Shown piece after piece: positions 9,532-19,283 of a stretch of 64,000 nucleotides of DNA. Both the position numbers and the translations under genes were made by a program. This DNA is from an uncultured Bacilli bacterium (lineage in GTDB: Bacteria > Bacillota_I > Bacilli_A > RFN20 > CAG-826), in NCBI GenBank assembly GCA_934699525.1, contig CAKUWP010000001.1:61140-125139 (forward strand). Direction: 5' to 3'. The stretch's first letter is position 1; the number at the start of each line of letters is the position of its first letter. A model generated the notes under the pieces. It made no database searches and was not told where the DNA came from. It saw only the letters and a program-made list of their open reading frames with translations.

Positions 9532-10461
9532 ATGGAACCCGTCATTGAAATTAAAAATCTAACCAAAGATTATGGCCAGGGACGTGGCGTTTTCGATGTT
9601 TCCTTTTCCGTGAATAAAGGCGAATGCTTTGGTTTTTTAGGGCCAAACGGTGCCGGAAAAAGCACGACAATCCGCCACTTAATGGGCTTCAGCGTCCCCG
9701 ATTCGGGCGAGACTTTGATTAACGGGGTCAACTCCCTTCGCGACCGTGACATCACGATGCAAGGGGTCTCTTATATCCCGGGCGAAGTCGCGCTTCCCTT
9801 GGCTTTGAAAGGAAGCGATGTCATCGAAGAACAAGCCAAATTAAAAGGGTTAACCAGTCATGTTTTCCTCGACTGGCTCATCCAAGAATTCGAACTCGAC
9901 CCTTCCTTAACCTGCAAGGAAATGAGTCTAGGCATGAAAAGAAAAATGGCGATTGTCTGCGCCTTCATGAATGACCCCGACGTCATCATCATGGACGAGC
10001 CTTCTAGCGGTCTCGACCCCGAGATGCAGGAAAAGTTCATCCAGCTCATCCGTTTGGAGAAAAAACGGGGCAAAACCATTCTTCTTTCCTCCCATATCTT
10101 TGGAGAGGTGGACTCCTGCTGCGACCGAATCGCCGTCATCAAGGACGGAAAAATTGTCTCTTTGTTTGTTGCGAATGACTTAAAGCACAAAACCGAAAAG
10201 CGTTATCGGTTCTTCTACGCCACGTTAGAAGACGCCGAGAAAGCAAAGAAAACCCTGCTTTCGAAAGGGATCGATGCTCGAAATAGCCCCTCGATTCCTT
10301 CTTGCCTCCATTGCACGGTGGAGGAAACGAATACCGATTTCTTCTTGGCCAGCCTTCCCCAAAAGGGACTAATGGATATGGCGGAGAAGAAAGAAACCTT
10401 GGAAGATTATTTCATGAGCTTCTATAAAGAAGACAAAACCTATGGAGGTGTGAATCAATGA
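9532..10461 (+). CDS. ABC transporter ATP-binding protein
   Basis: Walker A GPNGAGKST, signature LSLGMKRK, Walker B IIMDEP; AAGGAGG RBS. Confidence 0.9.
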   Translation: MEPVIEIKNLTKDYGQGRGVFDVSFSVNKGECFGFLGPNGAGKSTTIRHLMGFSVPDSGETLINGVNSLRDRDITMQGVSYIPGEVALPLALKGSDVIEEQAKLKGLTSHVFLDWLIQEFELDPSLTCKEMSLGMKRKMAIVCAFMNDPDVIIMDEPSSGLDPEMQEKFIQLIRLEKKRGKTILLSSHIFGEVDSCCDRIAVIKDGKIVSLFVANDLKHKTEKRYRFFYATLEDAEKAKKTLLSKGIDARNSPSIPSCLHCTVEETNTDFFLASLPQKGLMDMAEKKETLEDYFMSFYKEDKTYGGVNQ

Positions 10462-11393
10462 CGGACAACAAACCCCTCGTGATCGACATCGACCACGTAA
10501 CCAAAGACTATGGCCAAAATCGTGGCAATTTCGACATCAACCTTCAGGTTCATGATGGAGAATGCGTAGGAATCGTTGGAGAAAACGGAGCTGGGAAAAC
10601 CACTCTTCTCCGTCAAATCATGGGATTTATCCATAGCGATTCCGGGCGCGTCAAAATCTATCACTTCGACGCCTATTTGGATGCGGCGGACACCAAGTGC
10701 TATATTGGATATATCCCAGGGGAAATCAATTTCCCCGATGTCCCTACCGGCATCGACTTCCTTCATCAATATGGCTATAGCCTTGGGATGAAACCCCAAG
10801 ACTTCGGCTACGCAGACTCGATCATCAGCAGAATGCAGCTCGATATCCGCGCCTATCCACGCCGAATGAGCAAGGGCATGAAGCAAAAAACCGCCATTGT
10901 GGCTTCCATGATGCGCAAGCCACCGATTCTGTTGATGGATGAACCTTCTACGGGCCTTGATCCCTTGATGCGCGAAGAGTTATTAACCCTCATTCAGGAG
11001 CAAAAAGACCGGGGAGCCACGATGATCATGACCTCGAATTCCATTGACGAACTCGAACGCGTCTCCGACCGCGTGGTCTTGATGACGCAGGGGAGAATCG
11101 TGGATAGTGCCAATGTCTCCGACATCAAAAACCGCCCAGAACGCGATTTCAAAATCGAATTCACCAACGACAAGGATTACGAACGTTTCTTGCCTTTAAG
11201 AAACGACATCGTCCGCATCCAACCCCAATTCAATCAAGTCACGGTCCGCGTGGAGAAAAAAGCACTCCCCGAACTTCTGAATCAACTCAAGAAATTCGAC
11301 GTCAAGTTCTTCACCGAAGTCCCGTATAACCTCACCGTTTATTTCGATGAACGCCGCAGGGCAAGACAAAAGGAGGAAGTCCGCCATGGATGA
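10458..11393 (+). CDS. ABC transporter ATP-binding protein (second ATPase)
   Basis: Walker A GENGAGKTT, MSKGMKQK, LLMDEP; ATGA start/stop overlap with upstream gene. Confidence 0.9.
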   Translation: MTDNKPLVIDIDHVTKDYGQNRGNFDINLQVHDGECVGIVGENGAGKTTLLRQIMGFIHSDSGRVKIYHFDAYLDAADTKCYIGYIPGEINFPDVPTGIDFLHQYGYSLGMKPQDFGYADSIISRMQLDIRAYPRRMSKGMKQKTAIVASMMRKPPILLMDEPSTGLDPLMREELLTLIQEQKDRGATMIMTSNSIDELERVSDRVVLMTQGRIVDSANVSDIKNRPERDFKIEFTNDKDYERFLPLRNDIVRIQPQFNQVTVRVEKKALPELLNQLKKFDVKFFTEVPYNLTVYFDERRRARQKEEVRHG

Positions 11394-14166
11394 AAACGAG
11401 CAAAGCAAGAAACCCAAAAAAGGGAAAAAACGCGAAGTAATCAAAGTTCTCGTCAAGCCCAAGGATATGGATCCCAAGGTCATCGCCGAGAAAAAGCGAA
11501 TCCAGGAAGAAAAGGAAAAGGCCATCGCCGAGCAGTTCGCTTTGCTTTCTTCTCGCCTCGATAACATCGAAGCCAAGGAGAACAAAAAAGAAGAACCCAC
11601 GAAAGAAATGACGGAAGCTCAACCCGTTCCAGAGCCCGCCAAGCCGGAAACAAAGCCGGAGAGGGAAGAAAAACCGCAAGAAAATCCACCTAAAAAAGAA
11701 GAAAAGGAGGAAAAGAAAATGGAAAAACAGAAAGAAAAAACCACGCCAACGGCCCAAGAAGAGACCGTGATGGCGCTTCCCCCGGAATTAGAGGGGATGA
11801 AGCCCGCTGCCAATAAAAAACGCAGCCACCGCCTTTTTAGCGCTCCTTTATTCAAGGAATCCCTGAAGTCCAATCGTTTGGGATTAAGCGTCGTCAGTGC
11901 AGGCAATGCTTTAATTATGATCATCATCGTCGGCATCCTTTCGACTTTGAATATCAATAGCTCCGCCAAGGCACTGAAGAACCTTTTCAACAACGCGGAT
12001 ACCGAATCCACGGTGAAAAGCGGAGCTATCAGCTTCTACAGCGCTTTTGCCAATTCCGCCGAAGCGGAGGAAGGCTATATCGCTGGAGACAAGATGGCAC
12101 AGGCTTTAGTAGGCCAGGCCATTGACCTCGTGAACGATTCCTCGCTTCAAACGCAATTGGCGACCTTAAAAATCACCTATGATATCGCCTATCGCAGCGC
12201 CAGCGGAGAAGCCGATGCCAAGGCGATTGCCGCCAAAACCACCGTCATGTCGCTAGCGAATACCGCTTTAGAAAATGACGATGCGAAGACGCCGCAGGAA
12301 AAAGAAGTCGCCAAACGCCTCATCTCGGCTTATTTCGACCGTTATGGCCAAGCGAAAAAGACCGGAGAATCGCTTACTAGTCAAGAAATCCTCATCCAAG
12401 TCATCCCGGCCACGATGAGCAAAGTAGCCGCGGAGACCTATAAACTCGATGCGGACGATGAGAAAAATGTTCTTGCCGTGTTTCAAGATACCTTCTCCAC
12501 TTGCTTTGGTTCTTCTAGCGCCGCTCCCAGTGCAGAAACCAAACAAATCGCTTGCCAAGATGCTTCCTTCCGTCTTCTCCCCCTATTCGCTGGGGATGGA
12601 AGCGAGGGGGAATTCGCCAAGCAGGCGACGGAGCGCCTTTATACCGTTTATACAAGCGGCGTTAAAGGGAATAATGGCCAGATTGATGTCGAAGCCAGCA
12701 AGAAAGCTTATCTTGCCGATTCCTCGATTATGCGTGAAAACCTTGGAGACGAGGTTCAAACCTATGTTCTTTCTGGCTTAGAAGAATTTGCTTATTATAA
12801 CTATCTTCCCAGCTTCACCGTCGACTACAAGACTTCCGATTTAGGCTACCCCATCACTTATGTTGGCACTGGAGTTTACGGAGACGATGGCAAAGAAATC
12901 AAGAAAGCCATCGAAATCAAAGTCTATAATCCCGACGTCTACATCAAAATCGACGGGGGCATGGGCGCGAAAAGCAGCCTCGTCGAGAAGATGCACAAGG
13001 ATCTTCTAACCGGCGAAAACTATAGTGAAGAAGAAATCGCAGATGCCAAAAAGGAAGCAGACGAACAAATGAGCCTTCTCAAAAAGGAACTTGCTGCCTT
13101 CATGAAGGAATTCGAAGTTCGCGATGAAAACGATAGCAACGCCTATTTTGACGGGGAAAATGTCTTGACCTCGCCCCTTCAAGATCGTGCGATCGGCCTT
13201 GTTTGCAAAACGGCGGAAAAAACGCTTATCGATACCTTCAACGAAGAGAATAAAACCCACATCACTTCCATTGATCAAATCACCGCGGAAAATAGCTCGA
13301 TGACGGGTCAAGAAATGATGGATGCGGTTCGCGGATACGCTTCTAGCGGTATCGCTTCTTACCAAACTCACCTGAAGGAATACGCAAACTCCAGTTACAC
13401 CCAAGAGGAACGGATCCTCATCGCCACGGTGAAATCCAGCCAAGGCGTCATCGATCAACTCCCGGGCGCCGTTGGGGATTCCTTGACCGAAATGGGCCAT
13501 ATGAATACCTATGGCATCATGGTCGGCGCGGTCAGCTTTGGCATCGCCACCTTGTTGATTCCGATGGTTTATACGATTTTAACCGCGAATAGCCTCGTGG
13601 CCGCGAAAGTCGAATCGGGTTCCTTAGCCTTCACCTTGTCTACGCCAACCCGTCGTGCTTCCTTCATCTACACCGAAATGATGTATCTTCTCTTCACGGA
13701 AGTCGTCATGGGGGTGTCCTTGTTCCTAGGAACGTTAGTAGCCCGCGAAATTGGCATCGCCTGCGGGTCGCAGGATCTTGTGGAATCCCTGCCGATTAAC
13801 GATATCGCCCTTTATGCCCTTGGCAACTTCGGCGTCACTGTAGCGATCTCTGGCATCAATTTCCTTGCCTCCTGCTGGTTCAATAAAGGCGGACAGGCCA
13901 TTGGAGCCGGCGGAGGCGTCACCATCGCCTTCTTCATCTTCTCAATCCTCGGATTATTCGGAACCGAGGCCATCCCCGGCACCGTCCGCATCAGTGCGAT
14001 GTCCTTCTTTAATTACATTACCGTTGATTCCTGCTTCGACGCGATGGCCGTCATGGATGCCGACTACGTGACTTATGCATGGAAACTCGGCATTACGTTG
14101 ATTATCGCCGCGATTACCTATGGAGTGGGCTTTGTCCGCTTCACCAAAAAGGACTTGCCACTTTAA
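11386..14166 (+). CDS. ABC-2-type permease with K/E-rich disordered N-terminus and large extracytoplasmic domain (YhgE/Pip-like architecture)
   Basis: AGGAGG RBS before ATG 11386; ~125 aa of K/E/P-rich low complexity, one TM (LSVVSAGNALIMIIIVGILSTL), ~500-aa middle domain, C-terminal multi-TM bundle. Confidence 0.7.
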   Translation: MDENEQSKKPKKGKKREVIKVLVKPKDMDPKVIAEKKRIQEEKEKAIAEQFALLSSRLDNIEAKENKKEEPTKEMTEAQPVPEPAKPETKPEREEKPQENPPKKEEKEEKKMEKQKEKTTPTAQEETVMALPPELEGMKPAANKKRSHRLFSAPLFKESLKSNRLGLSVVSAGNALIMIIIVGILSTLNINSSAKALKNLFNNADTESTVKSGAISFYSAFANSAEAEEGYIAGDKMAQALVGQAIDLVNDSSLQTQLATLKITYDIAYRSASGEADAKAIAAKTTVMSLANTALENDDAKTPQEKEVAKRLISAYFDRYGQAKKTGESLTSQEILIQVIPATMSKVAAETYKLDADDEKNVLAVFQDTFSTCFGSSSAAPSAETKQIACQDASFRLLPLFAGDGSEGEFAKQATERLYTVYTSGVKGNNGQIDVEASKKAYLADSSIMRENLGDEVQTYVLSGLEEFAYYNYLPSFTVDYKTSDLGYPITYVGTGVYGDDGKEIKKAIEIKVYNPDVYIKIDGGMGAKSSLVEKMHKDLLTGENYSEEEIADAKKEADEQMSLLKKELAAFMKEFEVRDENDSNAYFDGENVLTSPLQDRAIGLVCKTAEKTLIDTFNEENKTHITSIDQITAENSSMTGQEMMDAVRGYASSGIASYQTHLKEYANSSYTQEERILIATVKSSQGVIDQLPGAVGDSLTEMGHMNTYGIMVGAVSFGIATLLIPMVYTILTANSLVAAKVESGSLAFTLSTPTRRASFIYTEMMYLLFTEVVMGVSLFLGTLVAREIGIACGSQDLVESLPINDIALYALGNFGVTVAISGINFLASCWFNKGGQAIGAGGGVTIAFFIFSILGLFGTEAIPGTVRISAMSFFNYITVDSCFDAMAVMDADYVTYAWKLGITLIIAAITYGVGFVRFTKKDLPL

Positions 14167-14181
14167 TCCCAAAACTCAGAG

Positions 14182-14210
14182 CCGCAGCCTAAAGAGGTTG
14201 TGGTTTTTTT
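14182..14210 (+). terminator. Rho-independent terminator after ABC permease gene
   Basis: CCGCAGCC-taaaga-GGTTGTGG stem (two G:U pairs) followed by TTTTTTT. Confidence 0.6.
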
Positions 14211-14270
14211 AATGGACAAAAAAAGAAAAGGCGATTGACCTAAGCCAACCACCCTAGAAGCAACAAAGCG

Positions 14271-14846
14271 TTAATTCTTGGAAGAGTCTTCCGAAGAGGG
14301 GGTCTCTTCTTTCTTTTCTTCCGTAACGGAATGTTCTTCGCTAGCTTCCTGGGTTTCGGTCTTTTTCTTTTCTTCTTCCTCTTCTTCTATCGCGGCCTCA
14401 ATGACCAAGGGAAGAGGTTTATACCAATGGTAAATAGCTTGGAAAACATAAACGGCCGCGTAATAACAAAGGGCGATGCCGATGGCAAGGCGGAAAGCCA
14501 AAATGGCCGTGGAAGCACCTTCTCCGCTAACGCTCACCCAGCCAAAGGCAAAAGCGAGGATATCAAATACCAACACACATAAAGCCATCGGGGCGACCAT
14601 GGCTTTATCGAGCAAGCAATTCTTTGCCCGTCTTTTTGGACTAACAAGGGTCCAAATAAAATCAATGATGAGCCAAATTCCACCCGCCAAGGTCACGATG
14701 GAAAAAGCCCATCGTTTCCAATCGGCAACAGAAATCGTCCCCGTGAGGAACAAAATCCCAAGGACGGCAAAGAGAATGGAGAAGAGGCCCAATTCTCCAG
14801 AATAGAGCATTTTGCTCTTCGTTAGGGCATCGCGTTTCTTTTTCAT
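14271..14846 (-). CDS. hypothetical membrane protein (4 predicted TM helices, acidic C-terminal tail)
   Basis: Hydrophobic segments and an E/K-rich tail; no recognisable family. Confidence 0.55.
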   Translation of the reverse strand: MKKKRDALTKSKMLYSGELGLFSILFAVLGILFLTGTISVADWKRWAFSIVTLAGGIWLIIDFIWTLVSPKRRAKNCLLDKAMVAPMALCVLVFDILAFAFGWVSVSGEGASTAILAFRLAIGIALCYYAAVYVFQAIYHWYKPLPLVIEAAIEEEEEEKKKTETQEASEEHSVTEEKKEETPSSEDSSKN

Positions 14847-14903
14847 GCGTAAAGGATAGAAGCCAAAAGAAAAAAAGAAAAGATATACGCCTTCGTTTGT
14901 CTT

Positions 14904-15143
14904 TTATTTCTTGTCTTCTTCCCTATCGTTATCTTTTGAATTCTTTTTCGTCACTTCATAGAGAATCAAACTGCCATAAGCGGCGATTTCGACAAAAATA
15001 ACTAAGGGAAAATAGTAATTTGTGAAATGTTCCCCTTCGACTTCGCGGCACACCTGCCACAGAATAAGACCCCAAACCAAAAATACGAAAAACCAAACAA
15101 TCGATTTTTTCAAAATGCATCCTCCTTTTATGTTGGGCCTCAA
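14904..15143 (-). CDS. hypothetical small membrane protein (2 TM)
   Basis: Hydrophobic 70-80 aa ORF; AAAGGAGG sits 6 nt before an internal TTG (15110), so the true start may be there. Confidence 0.4.
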   Translation of the reverse strand: MRPNIKGGCILKKSIVWFFVFLVWGLILWQVCREVEGEHFTNYYFPLVIFVEIAAYGSLILYEVTKKNSKDNDREEDKK

Positions 15144-15292
15144 GCAACGAAGCCTAACGTCTACCTCTAGATTTTAACGCTTGCGGAAAAAAGCGACGAT
15201 GATTTTTTCCAAGGCCTTGTTCTTAATAAAAAAGAAGCCCTCTAGTTTCATAACCCAAGGGCTTCTGGAGTGAGCAAGGATAAGACAGGCAA

Positions 15293-15853
15293 TCAACGGA
15301 ATTTCAATCCGAGGGAGAAGGCTTTGCCGAGTTTTTCTCCGACTTTGTAATATTCCCGTTTCGACTGGTCAAAGAGAATGCCGTCCGCCTTGGAAAGGTC
15401 AAAATGACCCTGTTCATCTAAAGTAGAAGGATCCGCGCTGACGCGAACGATTTTGCCATATACCATCCCCGTCTCTTCATCGACATGGTCCAGTTTGCAT
15501 TCCAGACAAAGGGGGAATTCTTCGATGACGGGCGCATCCACGAGTTCGGCTTTGCTCGCATGCAGCCCCGTCTTTTCGAATTTATGGGGCTCGTCGTTGC
15601 CGCTGACGATTCCAAAATAGTCGGCTTCTGCAACAAATTTGGAAGTAGGAAGCGAAACCGTGAAGGCTTTCGTGCGGTTGAAATTGATGCAGGTACGATG
15701 TGTTGGGGTTAACGAAATGCCGAGCAAATCGTAATCCACGGCACACCCCCAAGCGGCATTCATCACGTCGACGCTTCCGTCTTCGTTATAAGTCGCTAAC
15801 ATCAAAACGGGTTGGGGATAGATAATCGGTTCAATTTTGATTTCTTTTTTCAT
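15293..15853 (-). CDS. flavin reductase-like (FMN-binding split-barrel) family protein
   Basis: 186-aa product with overall similarity to flavin reductase domain proteins (LMLATYNEDGSVDVMNAAWG). Confidence 0.65.
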   Translation of the reverse strand: MKKEIKIEPIIYPQPVLMLATYNEDGSVDVMNAAWGCAVDYDLLGISLTPTHRTCINFNRTKAFTVSLPTSKFVAEADYFGIVSGNDEPHKFEKTGLHASKAELVDAPVIEEFPLCLECKLDHVDEETGMVYGKIVRVSADPSTLDEQGHFDLSKADGILFDQSKREYYKVGEKLGKAFSLGLKFR

Positions 15854-15902
15854 GGGGATACCTCGACTTTGATTGTAGGGGAAATCTTTTAATCCTCAAG
15901 GG

Positions 15903-18737
15903 CTATTCCGTTCTTAAGGCAACAACGGGATCTTGTCTAGCCGCCGCACGGGAGGGCACAAGTCCCGCAATGACCGTCAGGAGAATCGATACCCCAAGAA
16001 TAATCAGCGCGGTCCACCACTGCAAATCCAAAATCATGCCAAGTTCGAATTTCACCCCAAGAGTCAAATCCAGGATGATTTCGAGGATATAGGTAACAAC
16101 AAGACCGAAGATGCCACTAGCAAATCCGATCATAAAGGTTTCGGCGTTAAAGAGATGGGAGACATCGTTCTTTCGTCCTCCAAGAGAACGGATGACCCCG
16201 ATTTCTTTGATGCGTTCCATGACGGAGACATAGGTGATGATGCCAATCATCACCGTGGAGACGACAAGGCTTAATGCCGTGAAAATAATCAAAGCAATCG
16301 TGACGATATTGATGACCCCATTGATGAGTCCAATGATGACTTCAAGGTTATCCGTGTATTTGGTTTCATGACGGTCGGCAAGGCTCAATACTTTGCCGCT
16401 AGAAAGGGTTATATCCCCTTCTTCATTCCATTTGGACAGATAATCCGTCACCAAATATTTGGTTTTGAAACTATGAGGGTAGATATCGATTTGGCCGGCG
16501 ATATCATTGCCGCCCACCGCTCTTAAACTAAGCATCGATAATTTCTTGATGGTTATGCCGGTAGAGGCCGAGCTTCCGGCGCTTCCCGAGGAGCTATTGC
16601 CCGACATCATGGCCATCAAGGAACTCGATACATCTTGGGCGCCAATTAATCCAACGCCTTGAAGGGTTTCCCCTTGGTAACCAAGCTCATAGGTATAGCC
16701 AATGCCGCTAGTGATTTCCTTGTTGCCGAATTTCACGACGCTTGAAGGGAAGGAAGTCGCTCCCTCTTTGGAAGAAAGGTAGTCGGATAAGAATTTCGAA
16801 ATCTTGGATTCGAGGTTATCTTGAAGATAACGCTTAGCAAAAGCCGGGGTGAAATAAAGTCCGGAATCCATGCAGCCGTAGGTCGTAGTTTCCTTAGGCT
16901 TCAATACCCCGACCACCTTCATTTTGAGGGCAGGTTGAATGGGGGTGTTGTCCTCTTCAACGAGTTGATCTTCCGTGTAGTTATAGAAGAAGGGTTTCAA
17001 TTTATCGGGATCGAGGATTGCCGCGGCAGAATCCGCATTCGGGTCATAATTGCCCCCGTCTTCTTGCAAATTGCTATCGTAAATCGTGTTGTTAGGATAA
17101 TAGTCGTAGGTTTTTCCAAGCAGGGAATCGATAGAGATGCTTTGATGCTGCTTAAAGGCTTCTTCGTCAAAGAATTCGTTATCGGTTTCTCCCGAATAAT
17201 AATAAAGGGCGTTTAGGAAATCCTTTTGGCCGTAATATCCAAGCAAGGTCAAAATGAATTCGGTGATGCGGTTGCTATGGTTCAAAACAATCATGACCTC
17301 GTCTTCTTTTTCCGCATATTTGCCCGATACCACATCATATTGATCTAAGACATATTCTTTGTTGTCCAAGCATTGGCCAATCGCGTCGGTATAGCTATCA
17401 ATCATCGCCCCATAAGAAGCATATTTGCCGTCTTTAGCGTGTTCGATGATCGTCTGACAGGCCGAGGTAATCGCGGTGATCGAGAAACGTTCCGATTCGT
17501 CATGTCCATCGATTTGGGTATTCGTGTAAAGGTTGTTTTTCACATCAATCCCATAACTTTTCCCAATCGCCGAATAATATTCCTTGGGCATGTCGTCGAC
17601 ATAGGTTTCAAAGTCTTCCGTCATGTTATTTTCCACTTGGGTGGAACCCATGGTTTCGGCAGTGGCGATCATCGTTTTGATCATGAATTGGATGTCGATT
17701 TTGCCATCTTTATAGGCGGAGGAAACGACTTTGGTCTTCTGCATGTTCGTCATCGTGGAAACAAGACTAGAGATATCCAAGGATTTCTCGGCGACGCAGA
17801 CAGGGTTGCCGGAAAGCATATCATCTTGCATTCCCTGGATATAGCCAGTGACCCCTTGGGAGACCGCTAAAACCGCGGAGACGCCAACAATGCCAATGCT
17901 AGAAGCCACCACGATTAAGGCGGTTCGCTTAGCCTTGGAAAGCAAATTGCGCGCGGAAAGTTTCGTGGCCGTCCACCACGACATCTTGGCTTTGGCTTTT
18001 TCGAGTTCTTCCTTCGACTGAGGGATTTTATCTTCGTTTTCTTTGGCCTCGTCTTTCACGGAGAACGGATTGGTGTCCTCCACGATTTGGCCGTCTAATA
18101 ACCTTACGATACGCGTGGAATACTTTTCCGCGAGTTCGGGGTTATGGGTAACCATGATGACGAGTTTCTTCTCCGAAATCTTCTTGATGAGCTCCATGAT
18201 TTGGACGGAGGTTTCCGAATCCAGGGCACCCGTAGGTTCATCTGCGAGCAAAATATCGGGTTCATTGACCAAAGCACGAGCAATCGCGACGCGTTGGCAT
18301 TGTCCACCGGAAAGTTGATTAGCATGTTTGGTATACATCCCTTTTAGGCCAACTTGGTCTAAAGCCGCTCTCGCCCTTTTTTTCCTTTCTTCTTTCCCGA
18401 TTCCGGAAATTGTTAAAGCAAGTTCCACGTTTTCTTCGATATTTTGATGGGGGATCAAATTGTAGGATTGGAAAACAAAGCCGATTTTGTGGTTGCGGTA
18501 AACGTCCCAATCGCGGTCATTGAAATCCTTCGTGGAGATGCCATTAATGACCAAATCCCCCGAGGTGTAGTGGTCAAGGCCTCCAATGATATTTAAGGCG
18601 GTGGTTTTGCCACATCCGGAAGGGCCAAGAATAGAAACGAATTCGTTTTTGCGGAAGCAAATCGAAATGCCCTTGAGAGCTTCCACGGGGTTATCTTTGG
18701 GCGAATAGACTTTTTTGATGTCAACGAGTTTCAGCAT
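15903..18737 (-). CDS. MacB-like ABC transporter, fused ATP-binding and FtsX-type permease domains
   Basis: N-terminal ATPase (GPSGCGKTT, LSGGQCQRVAIARAL, LLADEP) followed by large periplasmic region and C-terminal 4-TM FtsX-like domain; AAAGGAGAAAAGG RBS before MLKLVD. Confidence 0.85.
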   Translation of the reverse strand: MLKLVDIKKVYSPKDNPVEALKGISICFRKNEFVSILGPSGCGKTTALNIIGGLDHYTSGDLVINGISTKDFNDRDWDVYRNHKIGFVFQSYNLIPHQNIEENVELALTISGIGKEERKKRARAALDQVGLKGMYTKHANQLSGGQCQRVAIARALVNEPDILLADEPTGALDSETSVQIMELIKKISEKKLVIMVTHNPELAEKYSTRIVRLLDGQIVEDTNPFSVKDEAKENEDKIPQSKEELEKAKAKMSWWTATKLSARNLLSKAKRTALIVVASSIGIVGVSAVLAVSQGVTGYIQGMQDDMLSGNPVCVAEKSLDISSLVSTMTNMQKTKVVSSAYKDGKIDIQFMIKTMIATAETMGSTQVENNMTEDFETYVDDMPKEYYSAIGKSYGIDVKNNLYTNTQIDGHDESERFSITAITSACQTIIEHAKDGKYASYGAMIDSYTDAIGQCLDNKEYVLDQYDVVSGKYAEKEDEVMIVLNHSNRITEFILTLLGYYGQKDFLNALYYYSGETDNEFFDEEAFKQHQSISIDSLLGKTYDYYPNNTIYDSNLQEDGGNYDPNADSAAAILDPDKLKPFFYNYTEDQLVEEDNTPIQPALKMKVVGVLKPKETTTYGCMDSGLYFTPAFAKRYLQDNLESKISKFLSDYLSSKEGATSFPSSVVKFGNKEITSGIGYTYELGYQGETLQGVGLIGAQDVSSSLMAMMSGNSSSGSAGSSASTGITIKKLSMLSLRAVGGNDIAGQIDIYPHSFKTKYLVTDYLSKWNEEGDITLSSGKVLSLADRHETKYTDNLEVIIGLINGVINIVTIALIIFTALSLVVSTVMIGIITYVSVMERIKEIGVIRSLGGRKNDVSHLFNAETFMIGFASGIFGLVVTYILEIILDLTLGVKFELGMILDLQWWTALIILGVSILLTVIAGLVPSRAAARQDPVVALRTE

Positions 18738-19167
18738 GGTCCTTTTCTCCTTTCGCGTAGGCAGCAATTTCTAACAGGGTTTGAGTAAATTCCAACATTT
18801 TTTCCTGCCCAATATGTTGGACGAGGCCTTCTATCCATTGGATTAAGCCTTTCTGGTTATTCTCCGCTTCTTCCATCCCAGACTCGGTGAATTTCGCGTA
18901 GATATGCAAGCGGTCGCCTTCTTTGGAAAAACGCTTCACGAATCCCTTGCTTTCAAAGTCGTCGAGAATCGCCGTAATTCGACTGGGGGCAACGGAGGCG
19001 TATTTGGCGAGTTCGCCTACCGTAATCCCTTCTTTTTCATGAAGGAGGGCGCTGCAAACAAGGCTAGGACCCGAGACTAAACTCGCTACGGTTCCAAGCA
19101 AATACGGGTCAGCAATCCGAAAACACTGACTAAAGATTTCTTCTGCTACTTGATGATCGGTTTTCAT
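18721..19167 (-). CDS. MarR-family transcriptional regulator
   Basis: 148-aa winged-HTH protein (VGELAKYASVAPSRITAILDDFESKGFVKR); AGGAGGAGG RBS; overlaps start of downstream ABC gene. Confidence 0.8.
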   Translation of the reverse strand: MKTDHQVAEEIFSQCFRIADPYLLGTVASLVSGPSLVCSALLHEKEGITVGELAKYASVAPSRITAILDDFESKGFVKRFSKEGDRLHIYAKFTESGMEEAENNQKGLIQWIEGLVQHIGQEKMLEFTQTLLEIAAYAKGEKDHAETR

Positions 19168-19187
19168 AAGCCTCCTCCTATTTCATT

Positions 19188-19204
19188 CCGTGAACTCTTC
19201 ACGG
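19188..19204. promoter_or_regulatory. perfect inverted repeat CCGTGAA-ctc-TTCACGG, candidate MarR operator
   Basis: Located 21 nt upstream of the MarR start codon in the promoter/leader. Confidence 0.45.
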
Positions 19205-19283
19205 GGTGAAATGTTTTACTATTCCATTAAAAAGCCAAAAGGAAAATCCCGCAAGAGGGATGCAACGTGAAAACGGTTTCAGG

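Noticed and set aside
11332-12011. Phe/Leu-rich antisense ORFs (141 aa, 130 aa, 69 aa) opposite the permease gene
   Set aside because: Mirror images of the K/E-rich coding repeat on the + strand.
14182-14846. Alternative idea that 14271-14846 membrane protein belongs to the ABC operon
   Set aside because: It is on the opposite strand and separated by a terminator; treated as an independent gene.
15933-18347. Several 60-165-aa ORFs antisense to the MacB-like ABC gene
   Set aside because: No RBS, biased composition, fully embedded in a well-supported long gene.
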